Shown here piece by piece: positions 40,767-50,555 of a DNA stretch of 64,000 nucleotides. Numbering within the stretch: the first letter of the stretch is position 1; each line of letters begins with the position of its first letter. Below the pieces are notes generated by a model. It did no database searches and was not told where the DNA came from. It saw only the letters and a program-made list of their open reading frames with translations. The translations under genes and the position numbers were made by a program. This stretch comes from Alphaproteobacteria bacterium (GTDB lineage: Bacteria; Pseudomonadota; Alphaproteobacteria; Bin95). The DNA lies in contig OZ219786.1 of assembly GCA_964291285.2 (NCBI GenBank), positions 576,001-640,000 of the forward strand. Reading direction: 5' to 3'.

Positions 40767-41600
40767 ATGGCCGAGCTGGAAGGGAAGACCGCCGTCATCA
40801 CGGGAGGCGCGAGCGGCATCGGCGAGGCGACGGCGCGGCTGTTCACCGCCGAGGGTGCGCGCGTCGTGATCGCCGACATGCAGCGCGAGCGGGGCGAGGC
40901 GCTGGCGGCGGAACTCGGCGAGGCGGCGCTGTTCGCCCCCTGCGAGGTCCGCGACGAGACGGAGGTGAAGGCGGCCGTCGATCTGGCGCTCGACCGCTGG
41001 GGGCGGCTCGACTGCATGTTCAACAATGCGGGCTTCGGCGGCGCGCTCGGGCCGCTTGAGGCGATTCCGGCGGAGGAGTTCGACCTGTCCTTCGACGTGC
41101 TGGTGCGCGGCGTGTTCCTCGGCATGAAGCATGCCATCCCGGCGATGAAGGCGCAGGGCTCGGGCAGTATCGTCAACACCGGCAGCATCGCCGGCATCAC
41201 CGCCGGGCGCGGGCCGCAGGTCTATTCCGCGGCCAAGGCGGCCGTGGTGCATCTCTCCAGGGTCTCGGCGATGGAACTCGGCGAGCACTTGGTCCGGGTG
41301 AATTGCGTCTGCCCCGGCTATATCGCGACGCCGCTTTCGGCCAACACCGTCGGCAAGCCGGACAGCCTGATCGAGGAACGGCTCGACGACTACGCCTTGC
41401 AGCAGCCGATCCCGCGCGTCGGACGGCCGCGCGACATCGCCGAGACCGTGCTGTTTCTCGCGAGCGACCGGTCGAGCTTCGTCACCGGCCAGGCGATCAC
41501 CGTGGACGGCGGCGCGGCCACGGGCGTTCTCTGGCGCGACCAGAAACCCTTCTACAGGCAATACCGCCCCATCCGCGTCTATCACCCCGACCGCCGTTAG
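40767..41600 (+). CDS. SDR family oxidoreductase
   Basis: 'TGGASGIG', 'NNAG', 'YSAAK'. Confidence 0.93.
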   Translation: MAELEGKTAVITGGASGIGEATARLFTAEGARVVIADMQRERGEALAAELGEAALFAPCEVRDETEVKAAVDLALDRWGRLDCMFNNAGFGGALGPLEAIPAEEFDLSFDVLVRGVFLGMKHAIPAMKAQGSGSIVNTGSIAGITAGRGPQVYSAAKAAVVHLSRVSAMELGEHLVRVNCVCPGYIATPLSANTVGKPDSLIEERLDDYALQQPIPRVGRPRDIAETVLFLASDRSSFVTGQAITVDGGAATGVLWRDQKPFYRQYRPIRVYHPDRR

Positions 41601-43614
41601 CCCGACTTCCGCAACTCGGCTTGAGAATCGACTGATTTGACGGTTTTCCGGCGCGAGAAGTGTCGGATTTCGGTGCAGTACCTCTCGGGACCGGCTTGTA
41701 GTGCCGACCTACCCCCTTGATCGGGCTGGCGAAGATCCGGACGCTGCGCTGATGTTCGTGCGCTGCAAGAGACGCTTCAAGGACGGCAAGGAGCACCGCT
41801 ACTGGAGCGTTGTGGAGAACGTCCGGGTCCACGGCGGTCGGGTTGTTCAGCGTCAGGTGCTCTATCTCGGGGAGATCAACGACAGCCAGCGAGCGGCGTG
41901 GTGCCGCTCGATCGAGGTGGTGGAGGGCAAGTCGCGATCACGGCAGATGGCGCTGTTTCCCGAGGACCGGGAGGCGCCGGCGCTGACTTGCGAAGTGGTG
42001 AAGATCGACCTCTCGCAGGTGGCGCTTCACGACCCGCGCCAGTGGGGGGCGTGCTGGCTGGCGCTGTCCTTGTGGGACCGCCTGGACCTGGACCGCTTCT
42101 GGGAAGAGCGGCTGCCGGCGAGCCGGCAAGGCACGCGGTGGCTGGACATCCTGAAGATCCAGGTCTGCTACCGGCTGATCGACCCGGGCAGCGAGTGGCG
42201 CCTTCACCGTCACTGGTATGAGCACAGCGCGCTTCGCGATCTTCTGGGTGGCGAGCGGGCGATCGCCGACGACACACTCTATCGCTGTCTCGACAAGCTG
42301 CTGGCGCACAAGCAGGGCTTCTTCTCGTTTCTGCGCGACCGCTGGGCGACGCTGTTCGAGGCGCGCTTCGACGTGCTGCTCTACGACCTGACCTCGACCT
42401 ACTTCGAGAGCGATCCGCCGTTCGATGACAAGCGCCGCTTCGGCTACAGCCGGGACAAGCGGCCCGACTGCGTGCAGGTGGTGATCGCCCTGATCGTTAC
42501 GCCGCAGGGCTTTCCGCTGGCCTATGAGGTGATGCCGGGCAACACCTCCGACGACACCACGCTGGCGGCGTTCCTCAAGAAGATCGAGGATCAGTATGGC
42601 CGCTCCGAGCGGGTGTGGATCATGGACCGCGGCATCCCCACCGAGGAGACGCTGGCCGCGATGCGCGAGGGCGAGGCGCCGGTGCGCTACCTGGTGGGCA
42701 CGCCCAAGGGCCGGCTGACGCGGCTCGAGAAGGTGTTCCTGGGCCTGCCCTGGCAGGAGGTGCGCCAGTCCGTGACTGTCAAGCTTCTGGTCGAGGATGG
42801 CGAGCTCTACGTCCTGGTGCGCAGCGAGGGGCGGCAGGTGAAGGAACGCGGCATGCGCCGGCGCCGGCTGAAGAGGCTGTGGCGTCGATTGGCCGAGTTG
42901 CAAGGGCAGTCGAACAGCCGGGATCAGTTGTTGCTCAAGCTCGGCGCCGCCAGGAAGGAGGCCGGCCGGGCCTGGAGCCTGGTCGACATCACCGTGCCCG
43001 GGACCGACAGCGAACTCGCCGCCAACGGCTTCTCATTCCGCCTGCAGCGCGACCGGCTGCGCCAGGTCCGCCGCCGCGAGGGCCGTTACCTGCTGCGATC
43101 CAACATGGTCGCCGAAGACCCCGCCACGCTGTGGCATCTGTACATGCAGCTCGTCGAGATCGAGCAGGCGTTCAAGGAACTCAAGCACGACCTCGCGATC
43201 CGCCCCATCTTCCATCAGCGCCAAGAGCGCATCGAGGCGCATATCTTCGTCTCGTTCATCGCCTACTGCCTGCTGGTGACCCTGAAGAACCTCGCCCGGC
43301 CGCGCGCCCCGGGCCTCACCCCACGCGCCATCCTTGAGGCCTTCGCCACCATCCAGATGGTGGACGTCCATCTGCCAACCACCGACGGCCGGCACCTCGT
43401 CCTGCCGCGCCACACCCGGCCGAACAAGGAGCACGAGCTACTGCTGCAACAGCTCGGCATGACCTGGCCGCAGCAACCCGCACCCCGGATCTCCGCCTGA
43501 CGGCACACGGCGCCGCCTCTCCGTTCGCCGCCTTGTAGTGCCGACCCTCGGGGAGACGATCAAGGCTATTCAATGAGTTAGCATCCTCATGACCCCCGAG
43601 TTGCGGAAGTCGGG
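41601..43614 (+). mobile_element. IS1634-family insertion sequence, complete
   Basis: Perfect 19-bp inverted repeats CCCGACTTCCGCAACTCGG (41601-41619) / CCGAGTTGCGGAAGTCGGG (43596-43614); TTAG duplicated at 41597-41600 and 43615-43618. Confidence 0.92.
41752..43500 (+). CDS. IS1634 family DDE transposase
   Basis: 'LLYDLTSTYFE', 'FGYSRDKRPD', 'MDRG', 'IEQAFKELK', 'IRPIFH...RIEAH'. Confidence 0.92.
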   Translation: MFVRCKRRFKDGKEHRYWSVVENVRVHGGRVVQRQVLYLGEINDSQRAAWCRSIEVVEGKSRSRQMALFPEDREAPALTCEVVKIDLSQVALHDPRQWGACWLALSLWDRLDLDRFWEERLPASRQGTRWLDILKIQVCYRLIDPGSEWRLHRHWYEHSALRDLLGGERAIADDTLYRCLDKLLAHKQGFFSFLRDRWATLFEARFDVLLYDLTSTYFESDPPFDDKRRFGYSRDKRPDCVQVVIALIVTPQGFPLAYEVMPGNTSDDTTLAAFLKKIEDQYGRSERVWIMDRGIPTEETLAAMREGEAPVRYLVGTPKGRLTRLEKVFLGLPWQEVRQSVTVKLLVEDGELYVLVRSEGRQVKERGMRRRRLKRLWRRLAELQGQSNSRDQLLLKLGAARKEAGRAWSLVDITVPGTDSELAANGFSFRLQRDRLRQVRRREGRYLLRSNMVAEDPATLWHLYMQLVEIEQAFKELKHDLAIRPIFHQRQERIEAHIFVSFIAYCLLVTLKNLARPRAPGLTPRAILEAFATIQMVDVHLPTTDGRHLVLPRHTRPNKEHELLLQQLGMTWPQQPAPRISA

Positions 43615-43623
43615 TTAGGGCCG

Positions 43624-44565
43624 TTGCCGCTCTTCGAGACCCACATCGTCGTGGACTGGTCGGCGCGCTCGAAGCCGAGTCCCGCCCGGCCGAGCCGCGA
43701 TTCCATCTGGTGGGCGGCGGTCCGCGAGGGGCACCCAGTGGAGCCGCAATATGAGCGGACCCGCCATGACGCGGTCGAGAGCCTTGCCGCCTTCGTCGCC
43801 GGGGAACTGGATGCCGGGCGCCGCGTTCTGGCCGGCTTCGATTTCCCGTTCGGCTATCCGGCGGGTGTTGCCGAACATGTGACGGGCCGGGCCTCCGCTT
43901 CCGCAGTCTGGAACTGGCTTGCAGACCGGATTGAGGACAAGCCGGACAATGCCAACAACCGCTATGAAGTCGCCGGAGAGATGAACCGATACTGGCCCGG
44001 CGTCGGGCCGTTCTGGGGCCGCCCGGCAGGATGGGAATATCCGGGAATCCCGACACGGCAGAAGGACCGCACCTGCCGGGACGGGCACCCGCAGGAACGC
44101 CGTATCGCCGACCTCCGGGCATCGGAAGCGAAGACCGTTTGGCAATTGGCTTATGCGGGCTCCGTCGGTTCGCAGGTGCTGGTGGGCCTGCCTGCCTTGA
44201 AACGGCTGCTCTCGGACTCGCGCATCGACGGCCGCGGCGGAGTCTGGCCGTTTCAGACCGGGTTGAAACCGCCGGATACCCAAGAGAAACCCCTCGTTCT
44301 CGCCGAAATCTACCCGTCTCTTCTCAGGAAAGAGATCGCCAGGCGCCGACGCGATGGTGAAGTCCTTGACCGCGCCCAGGTCCGCGTCAACGCAGCGGCA
44401 TTTGCGCGGCTGGACAGGCGGGGCGGCCTTGCCCCACTGTTCGACGGGGCGTGCGACCTTAACCCGGACGAACGCCATCTGATCGAAAAGGAAGAGGCTT
44501 GGATACTCGGCCTCGGTCACGAGGACGGGATTCGGGACGCTGCGAGAATGGATTGCGATGCCTAG
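43624..44565 (+). CDS. Conserved hypothetical protein, predicted RNase H-like (DUF429-like) fold
   Basis: 'IVVDWSA', 'GFDFPFGYP', 'VWPF', 'LAEIYPS'; codon usage looks coding; overlaps next gene. Confidence 0.65.
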   Translation: MPLFETHIVVDWSARSKPSPARPSRDSIWWAAVREGHPVEPQYERTRHDAVESLAAFVAGELDAGRRVLAGFDFPFGYPAGVAEHVTGRASASAVWNWLADRIEDKPDNANNRYEVAGEMNRYWPGVGPFWGRPAGWEYPGIPTRQKDRTCRDGHPQERRIADLRASEAKTVWQLAYAGSVGSQVLVGLPALKRLLSDSRIDGRGGVWPFQTGLKPPDTQEKPLVLAEIYPSLLRKEIARRRRDGEVLDRAQVRVNAAAFARLDRRGGLAPLFDGACDLNPDERHLIEKEEAWILGLGHEDGIRDAARMDCDA

Positions 44566-46636
44566 CGATCATGTTGCCTGCCGCATCGGCGTCGATGTCG
44601 GCGGGACCTTTACCGATGTCGTCATCGACCATGCCGGCGTGCAAACCTCGGCCAAGGTGCCGACGACGCCCGATACGCCCGAAACCGGCGTCATGGACGG
44701 CATCGGGGCGGCGCTGGAGCGCGCCGGCGTCGCGGCGCAAGCGGTCGATCTCGTCATTCACGGCACCACGCTCGCCACCAATGCGCTGATCGAGCGCAAG
44801 GGCGCGCGGACCGCGCTGCTGACCACCGGAGGCTTCCGCGACTCCATCGAGATGGCCTACGAGCACCGGTTCGAGCAATACGACCTCTACATGGAGCGCC
44901 CGGAGCCGCTGGTGCCGCGCGAGCTCCGCCTCGGCGTGCCGGAGCGGCTGGCGGCCGACGGCTCGACGCTAATGCCGCTCGACGAGGCGGCGGTCGCCGC
45001 CCATTCCGCGTTCTTCCGCGAGGAAGGGGTCGAGGCGGTCGCCGTCGGTTTCCTGCATTCCTATGTCGATGACTCGCATGAACGCCGCGCGGCCGCGATC
45101 CTGCGCCGGGAGCTGCCGGAGGCCACCGTCTGCCTGTCCTCGGAAGTGTCGCCCGAGATCCGCGAATATGACCGCCTGTCCACCACGGTCGCCAACGCCT
45201 ATGTCCGCCCGTTGATCGCGGGCTATGTCGGCCGTCTGGAGGCCGCGCTCCGGGAACGCGGGCTCGCCTGCCCGCTGCTGCTCACCATGTCGAGCGGCGC
45301 GGTGACGACGGTGGAGACGGCGCAGCGCTTTCCGATCCGGCTGGTCGAGTCCGGTCCGGCCGGCGGCGCGGTGCTCGCCCGCAATGTCGCCGCCGGGCAC
45401 GGCCTCGACAAGGCGCTCTCCTTCGACATGGGCGGCACCACGGCGAAGATCTGCCTGATCGACGATTACCGCCCGCAACTGTCCCGCAATTTCGAGGTGG
45501 CGCGGCAATACCGGTTCCTGAAGGGCAGCGGCCTGCCGCTGCGCATCCCCGCCATCGAGATGGTGGAGATCGGCGCAGGCGGCGGTTCCATTGCGCGCAC
45601 CGATACGTTGCGCCGGATCGCTGTCGGGCCGGACAGCGCCGGTGCCGATCCCGGACCCGCCAGCTACGGCCGCGGCGGCGGCGCGCCTACGGTGACGGAT
45701 GCCGACCTGATGCTCGGGCGCATCGACCCCGCCCGGTTCGCCGGCGGCACGATGGTGCTGGACGCCGATGCCGCGCGCGAGGCTGTTGAGCGCGATGTCG
45801 GAGGACCGCTGGGCATGACGGGCGAGGTCGCGGCGGCCGGGGTCAGCGAAATCGTCGATGAGACCATGGCCAATGCCGCGCGCGTCCATGCGATCGAGAG
45901 CGGCAAACCGCTCGCGGGGCGGGCGCTCATCGCCTTCGGCGGCGCGGCCCCGCTCCATGCCGCGCGCCTCGCGACCAAGCTCGGCATCGACACGGTGGTC
46001 GTGCCGCCGGGAGCCGGGGTAGGCTCCGCAATCGGCTTCCTGTCGGCGCCCATCGCCTATGAAGTGGTGCGCTCGCGTTTCGTCGCGCTCGATAATTTCG
46101 CTCCGGCAATCGTCGATGCGCTGTTCGACGAGATGCGCGCCGAGGCGGAGGCCGTGGTGCGGCTGGGCGCGCCCGACGCCGTGCTGGAGGAGACCCGGAC
46201 CGGATACATGCGCTACCGCGGGCAGGGGCACGAGATCGCGGTGGAGCTGCCGGAAAGCGCCGACGCGGAGGACTATCGCGAGCGCTTCGACGAAGCCTAC
46301 AGGCGCCTCTACGGCCGCACGATTCCGGCGCTGGAGGTGGAGGCGATGTCCTGGAGCCTGGCGCTCGGCGCCGCCGACCGGCTGCCGGCGCGCCTGCCGC
46401 TGGCGCCGCCGAGGGCGGCCGGCGCGCCTGCCGGCAAGCGGACGCTTTACGATACGGAGTCGGGCGGACCGATGGAGGCGGCGGTGCATGCGCGCGCCGA
46501 CCTCGCGCCGGGTGTCCGGCTTGCAGGCCCGGCGGTCGTGGTAGAGGATGAGACCGCCACCGTGGCGCCCGAAGGCTTCGACCTCACCGTCGCCGCCTCC
46601 GGCGCCCTGGTGCTGACGCGGAGGGGGGCAGCATGA
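44558..46636 (+). CDS. Hydantoinase/oxoprolinase subunit A
   Basis: 'GVDVGGTFTD', 'HGTTLATNA', 'ESGPAGG', 'DMGGTT', 'SAGADPGP'. Confidence 0.94.
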   Translation: MPSDHVACRIGVDVGGTFTDVVIDHAGVQTSAKVPTTPDTPETGVMDGIGAALERAGVAAQAVDLVIHGTTLATNALIERKGARTALLTTGGFRDSIEMAYEHRFEQYDLYMERPEPLVPRELRLGVPERLAADGSTLMPLDEAAVAAHSAFFREEGVEAVAVGFLHSYVDDSHERRAAAILRRELPEATVCLSSEVSPEIREYDRLSTTVANAYVRPLIAGYVGRLEAALRERGLACPLLLTMSSGAVTTVETAQRFPIRLVESGPAGGAVLARNVAAGHGLDKALSFDMGGTTAKICLIDDYRPQLSRNFEVARQYRFLKGSGLPLRIPAIEMVEIGAGGGSIARTDTLRRIAVGPDSAGADPGPASYGRGGGAPTVTDADLMLGRIDPARFAGGTMVLDADAAREAVERDVGGPLGMTGEVAAAGVSEIVDETMANAARVHAIESGKPLAGRALIAFGGAAPLHAARLATKLGIDTVVVPPGAGVGSAIGFLSAPIAYEVVRSRFVALDNFAPAIVDALFDEMRAEAEAVVRLGAPDAVLEETRTGYMRYRGQGHEIAVELPESADAEDYRERFDEAYRRLYGRTIPALEVEAMSWSLALGAADRLPARLPLAPPRAAGAPAGKRTLYDTESGGPMEAAVHARADLAPGVRLAGPAVVVEDETATVAPEGFDLTVAASGALVLTRRGAA

Positions 46637-48321
46637 CCGCTACATTCGATGCGGTGCGCCATCAGGTGATGTGGAACCGGCTGCTTTCGGTGGTCGAGGA
46701 GCAGGCGCAGACGCTGGTGCGCACGGCGTTCTCGACCTCGGCGCGCGAGGCCGGCGACATTTCGGCAGGGGTCTTCGACCTCACCGGGCGGATGCTCGCC
46801 CAGGCGGTCACGGGCACGCCCGGCCATGTCAATTCGATGGCGCTTTCGGTCGGCCATTTCGTCGAGAAATTTCCGCCGGAGACCATGCGCGAGGGCGATG
46901 TCTTCATCACCAACGACCCGTGGAAGGGCACCGGCCACCTGAACGACTTCACCGTCGTCTCCCCGACCTTCCGCGACGGGCGGATCGTGGCGCTGTTCGC
47001 CTCCACCAGCCATGTCGTCGATGTCGGCGGCCTCGGCCAGGGCCCCGACGCGCGGCAGGTCTATCAGGAGGGCCTGTTCGTGCCGCTCATGCCGTTCGCC
47101 GAGGAGGGGCGGGTGAACGAGTGGTTCCTCGAGATGGTGCGCGCCAATGTGCGCGAGCCGCGCATGGTGATCGGCGACCTCTACGCGCTCGCCGCCTGCA
47201 ACGACACCGGCAGCGAACGGCTGCTGGCCATGATGGACGAATACGGCCTCGAAGACCTTTCCGCGCTGGCGGACTTCATCGTCGACAGCAGCCGGCAGGC
47301 GATGGCCGATGCGATAGGCGCCCTGCCGCAGGGAAGCTGGGCCCACTCCATGACCATCGACGGCTTCGACCGCGAGGTCGAGTTGGTCGCCCGGCTGACG
47401 GTCGGCGACGGCGTCATCGACGTCGATTTCGACGGAACCTCCGGGCTCTCCGATTTCGGCATCAACTGCCCGCTCTGCTACACCATCGCCTATACGAGCT
47501 TCGGCGTGAAATGCATCGTTGCGCCGGAACTGCCGAACAATGCGGGCGCGCTCGACGCCATCCGCGTGACGGCGCCCGAGAACTGCATCCTGAACCCGCC
47601 GCATCCCTGCGCCGTCTATGCGCGCTCCAATATCGGCCACATGCTGCCGGACGTGGCGTTCGGCTGCCTGTACCAGGCGATTCCGGACCGGGTACCGGCG
47701 GAGGGCTGCTCGGCGCTCTGGACGCTCAGGCTCGGCGCGGGGCAGGGGATCACCGCGTGCGCGGGTTCCCAGTCCACGCCGTTCCAGATCATGAGCTTCC
47801 ATTCGGGCGGCGCAGGCGCCCGGCCAGGGCTCGACGGCCTCTCTGCGACGCCCTTCCCCTCTGGCGTGCGCAATGTGCCCGTCGAGGCGACCGAGGCGAT
47901 CACGCCGCTGGTGTTCTGGAAGAAGGAACTGCGCCCCGACAGCGGCGGTGCCGGGCAGACGCGTGGCGGCCTTGGCCAGACCATCGAGGTCGAGAACCGG
48001 GAAGGCGCGCCTTTCGGCATCTACGCCACGTTCGAGCGCACCGTGCATGCGGCGCGCGGCCGGGGCGGCGGCGGGCCCGGTGCGCTCGGGCGCCTCAGCC
48101 TCGGTTCCGGAAGGAAACTCCGCAACAAGGGCTTCCAGGTCGTTCCGGAAGGCGAGAGGCTGGTGGTGGAGATGCCGGGCGGCGGCGGGCTGGGAGACCC
48201 CGCGGCGCGCGATCCCGCGGCTGTCGGGAAGGACGTGCGGCGCGGACTGGTCAGCCCGGAAGCGGCCGCGCGCGACTACGGCTTCGATCCGGATTCCAGC
48301 CGCACCTCGCCGAGCCGCTGA
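46633..48321 (+). CDS. Hydantoinase B/oxoprolinase subunit
   Basis: 'TNDPWKGTGHLND', 'HVVDVGG', 'DSGGAGQTRGG', 'PGGGGLGDP'. Confidence 0.94.
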   Translation: MTATFDAVRHQVMWNRLLSVVEEQAQTLVRTAFSTSAREAGDISAGVFDLTGRMLAQAVTGTPGHVNSMALSVGHFVEKFPPETMREGDVFITNDPWKGTGHLNDFTVVSPTFRDGRIVALFASTSHVVDVGGLGQGPDARQVYQEGLFVPLMPFAEEGRVNEWFLEMVRANVREPRMVIGDLYALAACNDTGSERLLAMMDEYGLEDLSALADFIVDSSRQAMADAIGALPQGSWAHSMTIDGFDREVELVARLTVGDGVIDVDFDGTSGLSDFGINCPLCYTIAYTSFGVKCIVAPELPNNAGALDAIRVTAPENCILNPPHPCAVYARSNIGHMLPDVAFGCLYQAIPDRVPAEGCSALWTLRLGAGQGITACAGSQSTPFQIMSFHSGGAGARPGLDGLSATPFPSGVRNVPVEATEAITPLVFWKKELRPDSGGAGQTRGGLGQTIEVENREGAPFGIYATFERTVHAARGRGGGGPGALGRLSLGSGRKLRNKGFQVVPEGERLVVEMPGGGGLGDPAARDPAAVGKDVRRGLVSPEAAARDYGFDPDSSRTSPSR

Positions 48322-48554
48322 CCGGAGCGCCGGTCGAAGGTCCAGAACAGCACCGCGCCGTCCTGCTCCAGCCGGATGACGAGGTCGTCGCCGGCCACGC
48401 GCCAGTCCCTGACCTCAGCGCCCTGCGGCACTTGCCAGCGGACCTCGCCCGCCGCCACGGGCGCCAGAGACCGGTTGACGATCGTCACCAGGACGACCGC
48501 CACGCCGGCGACGATCAACACGCCCATGCCTATGACCAGGGCCTTCAGACCCAT
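48276..48554 (-). CDS. Small membrane-anchored hypothetical protein divergent from rluA
   Basis: 'MGLKALVIGMGVLIVAGVAVVLVTIV' TM helix; GGAG upstream. Confidence 0.7.
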   Translation of the reverse strand: MGLKALVIGMGVLIVAGVAVVLVTIVNRSLAPVAAGEVRWQVPQGAEVRDWRVAGDDLVIRLEQDGAVLFWTFDRRSGQRLGEVRLESGSKP

Positions 48555-48632
48555 AGACTGCTCTCCGCCGCTCGTCCCGGCCGCGGATTTGCCATAGTTG
48601 TGCGCACAAGTCATCGCCATGGAGTGGGTTCT

Positions 48633-49559
48633 GTGACAACGGGGGAGGAAAGCACGGTCTTCGAGGCCGTCGCGCCGCCGGAAGCCGACGGCGAGCGACT
48701 CGACCGCATGCTGGCCCGCGCAATCCCCGAACTCTCGCGTTCGCGCATCCAGGCGCTGATGGCGGAGGGGCGGGTGACGCCGTCGGCGCGCAAGGCGGTC
48801 GCGGGGCAACGCTACCGCGTCAGCGTTCCGCCAGCCCGGCCCGCCGAGCCCGCGGCCGAGCCGATTCCGCTGGCGGTGGTCCATGAGGACGCGCATCTGA
48901 TCGTCGTGGACAAGCCGGCGGGCATGGTGGCGCATCCCGCCCCCGGCCATGACAGCGGCACCCTGGTGAACGCGCTGCTGGACCATTGTGGCCCGGAGCT
49001 GACGGGCGTGGGCGGCGTTGCCCGGCCGGGTATCGTCCACCGGCTGGACAAGGACACCTCCGGCCTCATCGTGGCCGCCAAGACCGAAGCGGCCCATGCC
49101 GGGCTCCGCCGGCTTTTCGAGGCGCATGACATCGACCGGGGCTACCTCGCGCTGGCGCAGGGCCTGCCGTCGCCCGCCCGGGGGCGGATCGAGGCGCCCG
49201 TCGGCCGGGATCCCCGCCATCGCAAGCGCATGGTGGTAGTCGAGCGGGGGCGCCCGGCCGTCACCCGCTACCGGGTCGAGAAGGCGTACGGTACGCGGGC
49301 ATCGCTCGTGGCCTGCCGGCTGGAGACGGGCCGCACCCACCAGGTCCGGGTCCATATGGCCCATATCGGCCATGCGCTGCTCGGCGACCCGCTCTATGGC
49401 GGGCGGCGGCGGGGATTGCCGGCCTTTCCCCGCCAGGCGCTGCACGCCGCGCGGCTCGGCTTCCGCCATCCGGCGACGGGGGAGAACATGCTGTTCGAAA
49501 GTCCGCCTCCGGCAGACTTTCATGAACTCGCGGTAATGTTGGAAGACTTGAATTTATAG
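48633..49559 (+). CDS. RluA/RluD family pseudouridine synthase
   Basis: S4 'RLD', 'VDKPAGMVAHP', 'HRLDKDTSG', 'TGRTHQVRVH', 'QALHA'. Confidence 0.94.
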   Translation: MTTGEESTVFEAVAPPEADGERLDRMLARAIPELSRSRIQALMAEGRVTPSARKAVAGQRYRVSVPPARPAEPAAEPIPLAVVHEDAHLIVVDKPAGMVAHPAPGHDSGTLVNALLDHCGPELTGVGGVARPGIVHRLDKDTSGLIVAAKTEAAHAGLRRLFEAHDIDRGYLALAQGLPSPARGRIEAPVGRDPRHRKRMVVVERGRPAVTRYRVEKAYGTRASLVACRLETGRTHQVRVHMAHIGHALLGDPLYGGRRRGLPAFPRQALHAARLGFRHPATGENMLFESPPPADFHELAVMLEDLNL

Positions 49560-49575
49560 GCTGTTCTTCCTATAT
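49547..49575 (+). promoter_or_regulatory. RpoH-type promoter upstream of rpoH
   Basis: CTTGAA-N16-CCTATAT, matching the alphaproteobacterial sigma32 consensus. Confidence 0.7.
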
Positions 49576-49602
49576 TCAGGGTGTGTCGAGAGGGTTCGGA
49601 CT

Positions 49603-50541
49603 ATGGCCGAAAACATCGTTGCCAGCCGCAATATCCCCGCGCTTAACGGCGAGAGCAATCTCTCCCGCTACCTGCATGAAATCCGCCAGTTCCCGATGCT
49701 GGAGCAGGAAGAGGAGTACATGCTGGCGAAGCGCTGGGTCGAGCATCAGGACGTGGATGCGGCGCACCGCCTGGTGACCAGCCATCTGCGTCTGGTCGCG
49801 CGTATCGCCATGGGCTATCGCGGCTACGGGCTTCCGGTCAGCGAACTGATCTCCGAAGGCAATGTGGGCATGATGCAGGCGGTCAAGCGCTTCGACCCGG
49901 AAAAGGGGTTCCGCCTTGCGACCTACGCAATGTGGTGGATCAGGGCCTCGATCCAGGAATACATCCTGCACTCCTGGTCGCTGGTGAAGATAGGCACGAC
50001 CGCGGCGCAGAAGAAGCTGTTCTTCAACCTGCGCCGCATGAAGCACAAGATCCAGGCTATCGAGGACGGCGACCTGTCGCCCGAGCATGTCACCAAGATC
50101 GCCGACGAGCTCAGGGTGTCCGAGGACGAGGTCGTGCAGATGAACCGCCGCCTCGCCGCGCCGGACCGTTCGCTGAACGCGCCGATGCGCATTGAGGGCG
50201 AGGGCGAGTGGCAGGACTGGCTGGCCGACGAAAGCGAGAGCCAGGAGACGCTTTACGGCGAACGCGAAGAGTTGGAGCGCCGCCGGAGCATGCTCGCTGG
50301 CGCGATGGAAGCGCTGAACGAGCGCGAGCGGCGCATCCTGCACGAACGCCGCCTGCGCGAGGACCCTGCCACGCTCGAGGACCTCAGCCGCGAATTCGGC
50401 GTGAGCCGCGAACGCATCCGCCAGATCGAGGTGCGCGCCTTCGAGAAGCTCCAGCGCGCCGTCCGCGACGCGGTGGTGCAGGACCGGCTGCAGACGGAGC
50501 GGGCGATCAGCGAAGGCGCGGGCGCCGCCGCCGGAGCGTAG
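49603..50541 (+). CDS. rpoH: RNA polymerase sigma factor RpoH
   Basis: RpoH box 'QKKLFFNLR'; 'SHLRLV', 'VSRERIRQIE'. Confidence 0.97.
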   Translation: MAENIVASRNIPALNGESNLSRYLHEIRQFPMLEQEEEYMLAKRWVEHQDVDAAHRLVTSHLRLVARIAMGYRGYGLPVSELISEGNVGMMQAVKRFDPEKGFRLATYAMWWIRASIQEYILHSWSLVKIGTTAAQKKLFFNLRRMKHKIQAIEDGDLSPEHVTKIADELRVSEDEVVQMNRRLAAPDRSLNAPMRIEGEGEWQDWLADESESQETLYGEREELERRRSMLAGAMEALNERERRILHERRLREDPATLEDLSREFGVSRERIRQIEVRAFEKLQRAVRDAVVQDRLQTERAISEGAGAAAGA

Positions 50542-50555
50542 TAGCCGCCTCTGCC

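Noticed and set aside
46671-49559. 962-aa RluA fusion protein
   Set aside because: The N-terminal part is an alternative frame of hydantoinase B; the real gene starts near 48633
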